Assembly: GCA_944390695.1 (NCBI GenBank)
Contig: CALXQP010000017.1
Coordinates: 1-63,057, forward strand
Length of the DNA: 63,057 nt
DNA from: an uncultured Clostridia bacterium
GTDB lineage: Bacteria > Bacillota > Clostridia > TANB77 > CAG-508
Reading direction: 5' to 3'
Shown in pieces: positions 9,998 through 20,900 of the stretch; position 1 is the first letter of the stretch, and every line of letters begins with the position of its first letter. The position numbers and the translations under genes are program-made. The notes under the pieces were generated by a model. It was not told the origin of the DNA. It searched no databases and worked only from the letters and a program-made list of their open reading frames with translations.

Positions 9998-11221
9998 ATG
10001 GGAAAACATACGGTAAAGAAAAATTATTATAAAATAATATTGTTACCAATAATAATATTAATAATAGTAGGACTTATATTTTTCAAACATGAAATAGTTG
10101 AACCAGAAAATAAATACATTACAGAAATTGCTGATAATAGTGATAACAATATAAAACAAGAGATGAAAGATGATATAGAAGAAGAATTAGTCAAAAAAGA
10201 TATATTTGAAGATTACTATTCTCAAGCAGAAAAATTACTTGAAAATATGACGATTGAAGAAAAAGTAGGGCAGATGTTTCTTGCAAGATTTCCAGAAAGT
10301 GATGTAATGCAAGAAATACAATTAGAAAAACCTGGAGGATATATATTATTTGGAAGAGATTTTAAAGGTGAAACTCAAAAGTCAATAATAGATAAATTAA
10401 ATGAATGCCAAGAAATAAGTAATATACCTTTAATTCTAGGAGTAGATGAAGAAGGTGGAACAGTTGTAAGAGTAAGTAATTATAAAGCATTTAGAAAAAG
10501 TAAATTTTTATCACCACAAGATTTATTTAAACAAGGAGGTTTAGAAGCAATAATTAAGGACTCTACAGAAAAGACAACATTATTAAAAAAACTTGGATTA
10601 AATATGAATTTGGCTCCAGTTGCAGATGTATCAACAAACCCATTGGATTTTATATATAAAAGGTCATATGGAAAATCGGCAGAAGAAACAGCCAAATATG
10701 TATCAGAAATAATAAAAACAATGGAAAGTGATGGAATAATATCAACAATGAAACACTTTCCAGGGTATGGAAACAATGTTGATACACATACAGGAGTTGC
10801 AATTGATGAAAGATCATACGAAATATTTGAGACCGCAGATTTTCTACCATTTAAAAGTGGCATAGAGGCTGGTGGACCAACAATATTAGTTAGTCACAAT
10901 ATTGTAAAAAGTATGGATCCAGATAATCCAGCATCTTTGTCAACAAAGGTTCATAATATATTAAGAAATGAATTAGAATTTTCAGGGCTAATAATAACTG
11001 ATGACTTGGCAATGGATGCAGTAAAAGATTACACAGAAAATGGAGAAGCTGCTGTACAAGCAGTACTTGCAGGAAATGATATGATAATTTCATCAAATTT
11101 TAAGGTACAGAAACAAGAAGTCTTAAATGCAATTAAAGAAGGTATAATAGATGAAGAATTAATAAATATAGCTGTTAGAAGGATTTTAGCATGTAAATAT
11201 TCATATGGAATTATAAAATAA
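9998..11221 (+). CDS. Membrane-anchored GH3 beta-N-acetylhexosaminidase (NagZ-like)
   Basis: EEKVGQMF, DEEGG.V.R, NLAPVAD, KHFPGYG...DTH, IITDDLAM; N-terminal TM; AAGGAG before ATG 9998. Confidence 0.85.
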   Translation: MGKHTVKKNYYKIILLPIIILIIVGLIFFKHEIVEPENKYITEIADNSDNNIKQEMKDDIEEELVKKDIFEDYYSQAEKLLENMTIEEKVGQMFLARFPESDVMQEIQLEKPGGYILFGRDFKGETQKSIIDKLNECQEISNIPLILGVDEEGGTVVRVSNYKAFRKSKFLSPQDLFKQGGLEAIIKDSTEKTTLLKKLGLNMNLAPVADVSTNPLDFIYKRSYGKSAEETAKYVSEIIKTMESDGIISTMKHFPGYGNNVDTHTGVAIDERSYEIFETADFLPFKSGIEAGGPTILVSHNIVKSMDPDNPASLSTKVHNILRNELEFSGLIITDDLAMDAVKDYTENGEAAVQAVLAGNDMIISSNFKVQKQEVLNAIKEGIIDEELINIAVRRILACKYSYGIIK

Positions 11222-11233
11222 GGAGGCAAATAG

Positions 11234-12673
11234 ATGGCAAAAGAAAATTATGAAGTAGTAATGGGACTAGAAGTTCATGCAGAACTATCAACAAAAACAA
11301 AAATATTTTGTTCATGTCCAACATCATTTGGAGCAGCACCAAATACACAAGTATGCCCAATTTGTATGGCAATGCCAGGGACATTGCCAGTTTTAAATGA
11401 AAAAGTAGTTGAATATGCAGTAAAAGCTGGATTAGCAACAAATTGCGAAATTGAAAAAAATAGTAAAAATGACAGAAAAAATTATTTTTATCCAGATTTA
11501 CCAAAAGCATATCAGATATCACAATATGATAAACCATTATGCAAAAATGGTTATATAGAAATTGAAACAAGTAAAGGAAAAAAGAAAATAGGAATTACAC
11601 GTATTCATATTGAAGAAGATGCAGGAAAATTAAATCATGATGATTTAAGTGGAGGTGCATTAGTTGATTTAAATAGAGCAGGTGTACCTTTAATAGAAAT
11701 CGTATCAGAACCTGATTTTAGAAGTATTGAAGAAGTTGATTCATATTTGAAAAAATTAAAATCAATATTAGAATATATAGAAGTATCAGATTGCAAAATG
11801 CAAGAAGGCTCATTTAGAGCAGATGTTAATACTTCAATACGCCAAATAGGTGCAAAAGAATTTGGAACACGTACAGAAATGAAAAATATGAATTCTTTTA
11901 GAAGTATTACAAGAGCTTTAGAATATGAAATTCAAAGACAAATAGATGTTGTGGATAATGGTGGTATAATAACACAAGAAACTTTAAGATGGGATGAGGT
12001 TTCTGGTAAAACATTTTCTATGAGAGATAAAGAAGATGCCCAAGATTATAGATATTTTCCTGAACCAGATTTAGTTGCTATTAATTTATCTGAAGAATAT
12101 ATTAATAATGTAAAAAATAGTTTACCTGAAATGCCTGAAAGTAGAAAACAAAGATATTTAGAAGAATATAAACTATCTGAAAAAGATGCAGGAATTTTAA
12201 CTTCTTCAAAATATTTATCAGATTTATTTGAAAAAGCTTCAAAAGTCTGTGGTAATTATAAAGCAGTAAATAATTGGATTATTTCTGATATTTCAAGAAT
12301 CTTAAATGAAACAGAAATGGACCCTATTGAAATCCCTTTTGATGCTAATCAATTAGGAAAATTAGTTATTTTAATTGATAATGGTACTATAAGCTCAAGT
12401 ATTGGAAAAAAGGTACTTGAAGAACTTTTTGAAAATCCAAGAGATCCAGAAGATATCATAAAAGAAAAAGGCTGGATTCAAATTTCAGATGAAGGTGCTA
12501 TTAAAGAAATTGTACTAAAAATTATTGAAGCAAATCCACAATCTGTTATTGATTTTAAGGCAGGTAAAGATAGAGCTTTAGGATTTTTAGTTGGACAAGC
12601 TATGAAAGAAACTAAAGGGAAGGCAAATCCACAATTACTAAATAAATTATTTCTGGAAGAATTAAAAAAATAA
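11234..12673 (+). CDS. gatB: Asp/Glu-tRNA amidotransferase subunit B
   Basis: GLEVHAEL, RKNYFYPD, HIEEDAGK, DYRYFPEPDL. Confidence 0.97.
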   Translation: MAKENYEVVMGLEVHAELSTKTKIFCSCPTSFGAAPNTQVCPICMAMPGTLPVLNEKVVEYAVKAGLATNCEIEKNSKNDRKNYFYPDLPKAYQISQYDKPLCKNGYIEIETSKGKKKIGITRIHIEEDAGKLNHDDLSGGALVDLNRAGVPLIEIVSEPDFRSIEEVDSYLKKLKSILEYIEVSDCKMQEGSFRADVNTSIRQIGAKEFGTRTEMKNMNSFRSITRALEYEIQRQIDVVDNGGIITQETLRWDEVSGKTFSMRDKEDAQDYRYFPEPDLVAINLSEEYINNVKNSLPEMPESRKQRYLEEYKLSEKDAGILTSSKYLSDLFEKASKVCGNYKAVNNWIISDISRILNETEMDPIEIPFDANQLGKLVILIDNGTISSSIGKKVLEELFENPRDPEDIIKEKGWIQISDEGAIKEIVLKIIEANPQSVIDFKAGKDRALGFLVGQAMKETKGKANPQLLNKLFLEELKK

Positions 12674-12758
12674 TTTTAAATGCCAATAATTAGTGATTAT
12701 AGATTATTTAATTATAACTATTACCCAGTATAGCTGGTGGGGACTTGAAGAATATACA

Positions 12759-12788
12759 AAAAACGTGAGTTTTTGATGCTCACGTTTT
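12759..12788. terminator. Bidirectional hairpin terminator between gatB and the convergent small gene
   Basis: AAAACGTGAG...CTCACGTTTT. Confidence 0.55.
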
Positions 12789-13041
12789 ATATATTTTGTT
12801 TTTTAATACAATCTACAACAACTCCACAAATAACAAATTCAACGGAAAAAGTGAAACTTGCTTCCATTAATACGATACCAAGATGATATAAAAAATTGCT
12901 TCCAAAAAATATGTAAGACAGTAATACTGCTACTGCAATTAGTGCAATAAATCCGGAAAATAAAAATCCATATCTCATAATTTTATATGTAATTTTATCC
13001 AGACTTTTTAAACCCGAAATTATTTTTTGCATAATATTCAC
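12787..13041 (-). CDS. Small hypothetical membrane protein (2 TM)
   Basis: GAGGTG-type RBS; two hydrophobic segments. Confidence 0.6.
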   Translation of the reverse strand: MNIMQKIISGLKSLDKITYKIMRYGFLFSGFIALIAVAVLLSYIFFGSNFLYHLGIVLMEASFTFSVEFVICGVVVDCIKKQNI

Positions 13042-13413
13042 CTCTTATAATTAATAATACCATAGCAATAAAATAAAATCAAAGGAAATATATACCATAT
13101 ATAATAAGTTCAAATATTAATTTAAGTTTCAGCATTTTCCGTGAACATCCCTCAACTGTTTAGATAACATTTTCTATTTTTTTACTCCAATCAAACACAA
13201 GAATTTTTGAATTAGATGATAGCTTGGGATGTCTAAACTAATTTGAAAAAAATACTGAAACTAACTATATACAAACTGGTATAATTATGTTATAATTTTA
13301 AATATTTTGAAATTATTAAAAGATAAAAGGATAATATAATTTGTAAGAAATTATCCAAAGGATTCATTACTATGTGTGCATTTGAGAGAAACAAGAAAGG
13401 AATGGAATTTTGT

Positions 13414-14109
13414 ATGAAATTAGTAATAAAAAATCTGAAAAAGAATTTTGAAAAAAAAGAAGTATTAAAAGACATAAATTTCGAATTTGAAAAAGGAAAA
13501 ATATATGGATTATTAGGAAGAAATGGAGCAGGAAAAACTACTTTTTTTAATTGTTTAAACGAAGATTTAGAAATAGATGGAGGGGAATTTTTTATTGATG
13601 AAGGAGGTTTAAGAAAAATTGCTCCAGAAGATATAGGATATGTACTATCAACACCAAATGTTCCTGAATTTCTAACTGCAAGAGAATTTCTTAAATTTTT
13701 TATAGAAATAAATAAAAATAGAATAAAAGAAGAAAAAACAATAGATCAATATTTTGAATTTATGAAAATAGAAGAAGAGGATAGAGATAAACTTTTAAAA
13801 GATTATTCACATGGTATGAAAAATAAAATGCAAATGCTCGTAAATATCATAGCAAGTCCAAATATTTTATTATTAGATGAACCATTAACATCATTTGATG
13901 TAGTAGTAGCAGAAGAAATGAAGCAAATGCTAAGAGGAATAAAAAAAGATCATATCATTATTTTTTCAACACATATAATGGAACTTGCACTTGACTTATG
14001 TGATGAAATAGTAATATTAAATAAAGGTATTTTAGAAAAAATAGACAAAAATGATTTAGACAGTGAAAATTTCAAAAATAAGATAATAGAAGCATTAAAG
14101 GAGGATTAA
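13414..14109 (+). CDS. ABC transporter ATP-binding protein
   Basis: GRNGAGKTT Walker A, YSHGM signature, LLLDEP, STH; start uncertain (13372/13402/13414). Confidence 0.9.
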   Translation: MKLVIKNLKKNFEKKEVLKDINFEFEKGKIYGLLGRNGAGKTTFFNCLNEDLEIDGGEFFIDEGGLRKIAPEDIGYVLSTPNVPEFLTAREFLKFFIEINKNRIKEEKTIDQYFEFMKIEEEDRDKLLKDYSHGMKNKMQMLVNIIASPNILLLDEPLTSFDVVVAEEMKQMLRGIKKDHIIIFSTHIMELALDLCDEIVILNKGILEKIDKNDLDSENFKNKIIEALKED

Positions 14110-14111
14110 AT

Positions 14112-15689
14112 ATGATAAAATCATTTATTACATCCTTTAAACTAAAAAATGCATATAGAGTAAATAGTATAATATATTCTATAAAACAATTGCCAATAAT
14201 AAATAGAATTTTACCAAATGAATTATATAAAAGTAAAATTTTAAAAATAATTGGAAATATTATAAGTATATTAATAGAAATAATCGGTATATTTATAGGT
14301 AAATTTTTATATATATGGTTAATGATAATATCAATGTTAGTAATATATAAGACAAATATGTCTGACACATTTTTGCATATATTTACTTTTTTAACATTAT
14401 GTGGTGGTTTATTAAATACATATATGTTTAATCCAACAAAAGATAAATATTATGCAATGTTTACTATGAATATGGATGCTAAAAAATATACATTATCAAA
14501 TTATTATTATTCATTATTAAAAGTTATTATAGGATTTTTGCCATTTACAATTATTTTTGGGAAAATGGCACAAGTTCCTTTATGGATGTGTATTATACTT
14601 CCAGTATTTGTAGTAATGGTAAAAATGGCAGTAAGTGGATATAGCTTATATGATTTTGAGAAAAATAAAATTGCAAAAAATGAGAATTTACCAACAAAAA
14701 TATTATGGATAGTTTTAGCATTATTACTTGCTATAAGTTATGGATTACCATATTTAGGTTTTACAATAAATAAAACAATATTTGTTATATTTTTCGCTAT
14801 AAGTGTTGTTTTTGGTGTATTAAGTTTTAATAAAATAAATAAATTTAAAGATTATAAAAAAATATATAAACAAATATTAACAAAGGAAAATATGTATGCT
14901 GCACAAAATCAAACAATTACTAAAGCTATAAAAGATAATGTTGAAAAACAAATTCAGTTTGATAGTAAATTAACAAGTAACAAAAAAGGTTTTGCATATT
15001 TTCATGATATATTTGTAAAAAGACATAAAAAGATTTTAACAGAAGCAGTAAAGAAACAATCTGCAGTGATCTTTGTAATTATGATATTAGTCATAATAGT
15101 TGCTTATTTTAATAAAGATTTTGCTAATCAAACTAATAAAGTATTATTAACTTATTTACCTTATTTTGTTTTTATAATGTATTTATTAAATAGGGGAACA
15201 ACAGTTACACAAGCAATGTTTATGAATTGTGACCATAGTATGTTAACATATAGAATATATAGGACTCCAAAAGTAATTTTAGGATTATTTAAAGAAAGAT
15301 TAAAAACATTAATTAAAGTAAATTTATTACCAGCAATTATTATTGCAATTGGATTACCATTATTATTATTTATAACAGGAGGAACTGATAATATATTAAA
15401 TTATATAGTTTTATTTATATCAATAATAGCAATGAGTATATTCTTTTCTGTACATTATTTAGTAATGTATTATTTGTTACAACCTTATAATGTAAATACA
15501 GAAATGAAAAGTAGTACATATAAAGTAGTTCAAGCTGTAACTTATTTTGTATGTTATTATATGATACAAATTAAATTGCCAACAATATCTTTTGGTATAG
15601 CAATGAGTGCATTTTGCATATTATATAGTTTAATTTCTTTAGTAATAGCTTATAAATACGCACCTAAAACATTTAAACTAAGGATATAA
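14112..15689 (+). CDS. Putative ABC exporter permease (multi-TM)
   Basis: Many TM segments; operonic with the ATPase. Confidence 0.75.
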   Translation: MIKSFITSFKLKNAYRVNSIIYSIKQLPIINRILPNELYKSKILKIIGNIISILIEIIGIFIGKFLYIWLMIISMLVIYKTNMSDTFLHIFTFLTLCGGLLNTYMFNPTKDKYYAMFTMNMDAKKYTLSNYYYSLLKVIIGFLPFTIIFGKMAQVPLWMCIILPVFVVMVKMAVSGYSLYDFEKNKIAKNENLPTKILWIVLALLLAISYGLPYLGFTINKTIFVIFFAISVVFGVLSFNKINKFKDYKKIYKQILTKENMYAAQNQTITKAIKDNVEKQIQFDSKLTSNKKGFAYFHDIFVKRHKKILTEAVKKQSAVIFVIMILVIIVAYFNKDFANQTNKVLLTYLPYFVFIMYLLNRGTTVTQAMFMNCDHSMLTYRIYRTPKVILGLFKERLKTLIKVNLLPAIIIAIGLPLLLFITGGTDNILNYIVLFISIIAMSIFFSVHYLVMYYLLQPYNVNTEMKSSTYKVVQAVTYFVCYYMIQIKLPTISFGIAMSAFCILYSLISLVIAYKYAPKTFKLRI

Positions 15690-15714
15690 AAATAAGTTAA
15701 AAATCAAATTTTTA

Positions 15715-15743
15715 AAAGGCACTAATTATATTTAGTGCTTTTT
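15715..15743 (+). terminator. Rho-independent terminator
   Basis: AAAAGGCACTAA...TTAGTGCTTTTT. Confidence 0.55.
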
Positions 15744-15884
15744 ATTGTATAGGAAAAAGTGCTTTTTAGTATATAATAAAAAAGTCGATTTCTCGACTTC
15801 TTATAAAATTTATTCATTTGCTTCATTTTCTAAAGCTTCAATATCAATGTCTTGTAATTCTGGGTATTTTTCAAATATATAAAT

Positions 15885-16661
15885 TTAATAAGTTTCTATA
15901 TATAAAGCTTTAGCTAAATATGGAGTAATTTCATTAATATTATACCAACCAGAGCTTTTACTATCATTTTCAAGACCATTTGGGTTAGAAACATAAACTT
16001 TTTCATCATCAGTAGCAGCTAGTAAAACCATATAATGAGAAGCAGTTGTCCATCTATTATTATTAGGTTGATTCCATACACATATTAAAATAGGTCGATT
16101 AGTTTTTAAATGTTCTATTATAGATTTATTAGACAAATGAGTAGAATCATAATAGAAATCAGAATTTTCGATTCCGAAAGTAGATTCAAGTTCAGAAGAT
16201 ATTTTATCAGAAGTTAGAACAGGAAAATATTTTTGCCTCAAATCTTCTGGAGTATAATTTTTATTATATCCACTTAAAATTATTGAAAGTGAAGTTATAC
16301 CACAACCGTTTTCTTCCATTGTTCCACCCCAATATTCTTTACTGCTCCAAGATGAATTTCCATTTTGTTTATATTCTTTATAAATTTTTTTATTTTTTTG
16401 TTCTGTTGTAAAAGTTGTAAAATATCCATCTGAATCACTAATTTTTTCTTGTCCTATTCCTTGATAATTTGAATTAAAATTTTGTTTAATGATTTTATAT
16501 TCAGAATCATCATTTGTATTTGAAATGATTTTAGCAATTACTTGATTACTACTTTTAAATATATCAGTATTTTTATAAAGATATAATATCGAAAATATTA
16601 AAATTATTATAAAAATGATTTTTTTAATAGTTAGTTTTTTTCTACTTACTTTTTTCATCAA
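15885..16661 (-). CDS. Membrane-anchored C39-like (papain-fold) peptidase
   Basis: YKQ...W...GCGITSLSI (catalytic Cys), SHYMVL, VSNP; N-terminal TM. Confidence 0.75.
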   Translation of the reverse strand: MMKKVSRKKLTIKKIIFIIILIFSILYLYKNTDIFKSSNQVIAKIISNTNDDSEYKIIKQNFNSNYQGIGQEKISDSDGYFTTFTTEQKNKKIYKEYKQNGNSSWSSKEYWGGTMEENGCGITSLSIILSGYNKNYTPEDLRQKYFPVLTSDKISSELESTFGIENSDFYYDSTHLSNKSIIEHLKTNRPILICVWNQPNNNRWTTASHYMVLLAATDDEKVYVSNPNGLENDSKSSGWYNINEITPYLAKALYIETY

Positions 16662-16752
16662 AATTCCTCCCTTTGACTACATAATTATATATCATAAAAA
16701 TTAAAAGTGTTTTAAGAAATAATTAAATAAATCTTAAAATTTTATTAAATGT

Positions 16753-16907
16753 CAAAAAGAGAACCGGCACCAAATTAACAAAATAGCCGAAAACAGCCAG
16801 CCAAGCGGGACAAGGAGAAAAAGGCAAAAAGAGAACCGGCACCAAATTAACAAGCCAGCCAAGCGGAAAAGAAGAAAAAAGGCAAAAAGAGAACCGGCAC
16901 CAAATTA
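16753..16907 (+). repeat. Dispersed element, locus 2 (three repeats)
   Basis: CAAAAAGAGAACCGGCACCAAATTA at 16753, 16825 and 16883. Confidence 0.9.
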
Positions 16908-16960
16908 CCCTATTGACAAGAAAAAAGATTTGAAGTAATATATATTATGGAGGGGTTACA

Positions 16961-17887
16961 ATGGATAATGAAAAAAGAAGAAGAAAAAGAGGAATATTTA
17001 TAAGATTAACCAAAAGTAGAGCTAAAGAATTAATAAAAAAGCGTGAAGAGAAAAAAGGAAGAAAATTAAGCAGAGAAGAGAAAAATATAATTATAGAAAG
17101 AGTAGCAAAAGTAGCTAGAAATAGAACGATAGCAGTAGCTTTAGCATTAGGAGTATTAGGAGGAGGAGTAGCTATTGGACATGGTTTGATAACAGATGGA
17201 AGTGATACAAAAGAGCCAGCAATAACAACAGATGATAATTCAAGTTCAAAAGAAGAGTCAAGTTTTATAGATGGTATAAAAGTTGATGTGCCAGAAGATG
17301 AAAAAAGTCCTATAGAAGAAGAGATAGATAGATTAGATACATCTGATGAAGTATTAAAATATTTGAAGAATTTATATATAGATGAATATCAAGAAATTAC
17401 AGGAATAGACTTAATGACACCAGGTAGTATTAAAATCATATCAAACCGCCAAAATTATATATATAACTTAGATAACGGGAAAAATGTAACACATGGAGAT
17501 GATCCTGCATTAACAGAACAAGCATTAGAGCAAGATGGGCAAAATTATGTAAAAGAACCAAATGTTGATGTATATAGAGTAGAAAGAAAATCAACTGGAA
17601 AGATAATAGATGCAATGACAAGTGATGGAAGAGCTGTAATACCGGGAGAATTATATTATGAATTGAAAAATCAAGAATCTGCACTTGAAAACATGAGCTC
17701 AATTGTACAAACTTCATTTGACCTAATAGGATATTTCGATGAATTAGAGCATAAGCCAGGAAATGAGTATATAACTAATTTATGTGAAGAAGCAAAACAA
17801 GAATTAGTAAAATTGGTAACAGAAAGAGAAGAAGAAAAACAAGAGCAATCTAATTTAAAATCACAAGAACAAGATGAAGAGAGATAA
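16961..17887 (+). CDS. Hypothetical single-TM protein with basic N-terminus and acidic C-terminus
   Basis: GGAGG RBS; TTGACA-containing sigma-A-like promoter at about 16913-16942; one TM (IAVALALGVLGGGVAIG). Confidence 0.7.
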   Translation: MDNEKRRRKRGIFIRLTKSRAKELIKKREEKKGRKLSREEKNIIIERVAKVARNRTIAVALALGVLGGGVAIGHGLITDGSDTKEPAITTDDNSSSKEESSFIDGIKVDVPEDEKSPIEEEIDRLDTSDEVLKYLKNLYIDEYQEITGIDLMTPGSIKIISNRQNYIYNLDNGKNVTHGDDPALTEQALEQDGQNYVKEPNVDVYRVERKSTGKIIDAMTSDGRAVIPGELYYELKNQESALENMSSIVQTSFDLIGYFDELEHKPGNEYITNLCEEAKQELVKLVTEREEEKQEQSNLKSQEQDEER

Positions 17888-17958
17888 TTAAAAAATGTAT
17901 AAATAACCACTTTTTGCAAACAATATTGTAAAACATAGTTTGCAAGGAGTGGTTTTTC

Positions 17959-20900
17959 TTGAAAAAATATCAAAAATTAGATATAGAAGTAGCAATATTA
18001 GATGAAGAACAATTAAAAAAGCAATTGGAAAAAATGGCGATGAAACATATTTTAAAAGCAAGATCAAATAAAAGCACATATCCAGTGCCACAATTGTTAG
18101 AAAATTATATCAAAATAAAAAATGTTTATAATTTGTTAAATGAACATATAAAATTAGGAATAAACATACATCCAGCAGGGGAATGGATATTAGACAATTT
18201 TTATATAATTGAAGAAGCTGTAAGACAAATAGAAAAAGAAATGACATTAAAAAAATATAAAAATTTTGTGGGAATACAAAATGGTAAATATGCAGGTTTT
18301 GCAAGAGTTTATGTATTAGCTTCAGAAATAGTTGCATATACAGATAATAAGATAAATGGAGAAAACTTAGAAAAATATTTACAGGCTTACCAGACTAAGA
18401 AAACTCTTAATATGGAAGAAATTTGGAATATTGGGGTATTTTTGCAAATTGCAATTATTAATAATATTGCAGAAATAAGTGAAAAAATCTATAGTACTCA
18501 AATACAAAAATACAAAGTAAGAAATATAATTGAAAGATTAGTTGAAAAAAAAGAAAAAAATGAGTTACAGTTTAATAAAATATCTGGCGATAAATTAAAA
18601 AATAATGAATTTAAAAGTATGAGATATCCTTTTATAGAATATATGTCATATTCATTAAAAAAATATGGAAAAAAAGCATATGGATATTTGAATATTTTAG
18701 AAGAAGAAGTTGAAAAAATAGGAACAACTGTACCAGAAGCTATACAAAAAGAGCATTTTGATATTGCAATTAGAAAAATATCTATGGCAAATTGTATAAC
18801 AAGTATTAAAAAAATTCAAAGAATAAATTTTATGGATATTTTTGAAAAGATAAATGGAGTAGAAGAGATTTTAAATAAAGAGCCAGCTGGAATTTATGAA
18901 AATATGGAATATAAAACAAAAGAATATTATAGAAATTCTATAAAAGAAATTGCTAGAAAAACAAATATGTCTGAAATTTATGTTGCTAAAAAAATAATTG
19001 AATTATGTAATTCAAAAGAACTCGGAGCTAAACAGAGTCATATAGGATATTATTTAATAGATGATGGGAAAGAAGAACTTTTTGAGAAATTAGAATACAA
19101 GTCTAAAAAATTGAGTAATGAAGCAAAATCTAAGATTTATATTACATTAATTTTTATATTAACAATTGTTTTATCATTAATTTTAGCAAAAACAGTAACA
19201 AATAGTTTAATTAAATATATTTTAACAGTACTAATTTTACTTGTGCCAATTTCAGAATTTGTAATTCAAACAATTCAATATATACTTGGAAAAATAGTTA
19301 AGCCAAAACTTATACCTAAAATGGATTTTTCGAAAGGAATAGATAAAGAAAATGCAACATTTGTAGTTATACCTACAATAATTAAAACAAAAGAAAAAGT
19401 TAAAGAACTTTTTGAAAAAATGGAAGTATTTTATTTAGCAAATAAAAGTGAAAATTTATTTTTTTCAATATTAGGAGATTGTTCTGAAAGCAACACACAA
19501 GAAGAAAAATTTGATAAAGAAGTCATTGAAGAAGGTTTAAAACTTGCAGAAAAATTAAATCAAAAATATTCTAATCCAGATTTTCCAATTTTTCATTTTA
19601 TTTATAGAGAACGAAAATTTAATGAAAGCGAAGAAAAATATTTGGGGTGGGAAAGAAAAAGAGGTTTATTAACACAATTTAATGAATATATTTTAAAACA
19701 TGAAAAAAATAAATTTAGAATTAATACTATAAATCAAGAGAAATTACCAAAAATAAAATATGTTATTACATTAGATGCAGATACAGATTTAGTACTAAAT
19801 ACTGCATTTGAGCTAATAGGAGCAATGGCACATATTTTAAATAAACCAGAAATTTCAAATGGAATTGTTCAAAAAGGACATGGTTTAATACAACCACGAG
19901 TTGGAATTAATTTAGATGTAAGTCATAAAAATTTATTTACAAAAATATTTGCAGGTAGTGGAGGAATTGATAGTTATACAAATGCTATATCAGATATATA
20001 TCAAGATAATTTTGGTGAAGGAATTTTTACTGGAAAGGGAATTTATGATGTAGAAGTATTTTCAAAAGTATTAAAAAATGAAATACCTGAAAATAAAGTA
20101 TTAAGTCATGATTTATTAGAAGGAAGTTATTTAAGATGTGGACTTGCTACAGATATAATGTTAATGGATGGATATCCGACACAATATGCTAGTTTTATGA
20201 ATAGATTATCAAGATGGACAAGAGGAGATTGGCAAATAATAGGATGGCTAAAAGGAAAATTAAATTCACTTTCTAAATTTAAAATTTTTGATAATTTAAG
20301 AAGAAGTATTTTTGAAATAAGTATAATTGTTTTAATTTTATGGTCAAGTTTTATATCTGCAAATTGGCTAATATTAGCTACTTTAGGCATAATTATTTAT
20401 CCATTTCTTCTAGAGATTATTAGTCTTGCATTTTCTAGAAAAGAGGGAGAGAAAAAACAAAAAACTTTTACACCACATATTGTAGGGTTTAAAGGTGCAA
20501 TATATAGAGCAATTTTAACATTAGGATGTTTACCATATAAAGCATATGTAGAATTAGTATCTATATGTAAAACAATTTATAGATTAACTATTAGTCATAA
20601 ACATCTATTAGAATGGATGACTTCAGAAGAAGCTGAGAAACAAGCTAAAACAAGTGTATTAAATTATTATAAAATGATGGCAGCAAATGTAGTATTAGGA
20701 TTAATATTAATTTTGATATCTATAATTCAAAAAAATAAATTTGATATTATTTTATTAACAATTGTTGGGATTTTGTGGATAATTACACCATATATAATGT
20801 GTAAAATAAGTATGGTTGTGGAAAAAAAGAAAGTCCAATTACAAGAAAATGAATCTAAATATTTAAAAGAAGTTGCTAAAAAAACATGGCAGTTTTTTAA

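Noticed and set aside
16753..16907. Repeat-spacer-repeat units resembling mini CRISPR arrays (also 44240-44371)
   Set aside because: Only 2-3 repeats per locus, spacers homologous between loci and variable in length, scattered in both orientations, and no cas genes in the window.
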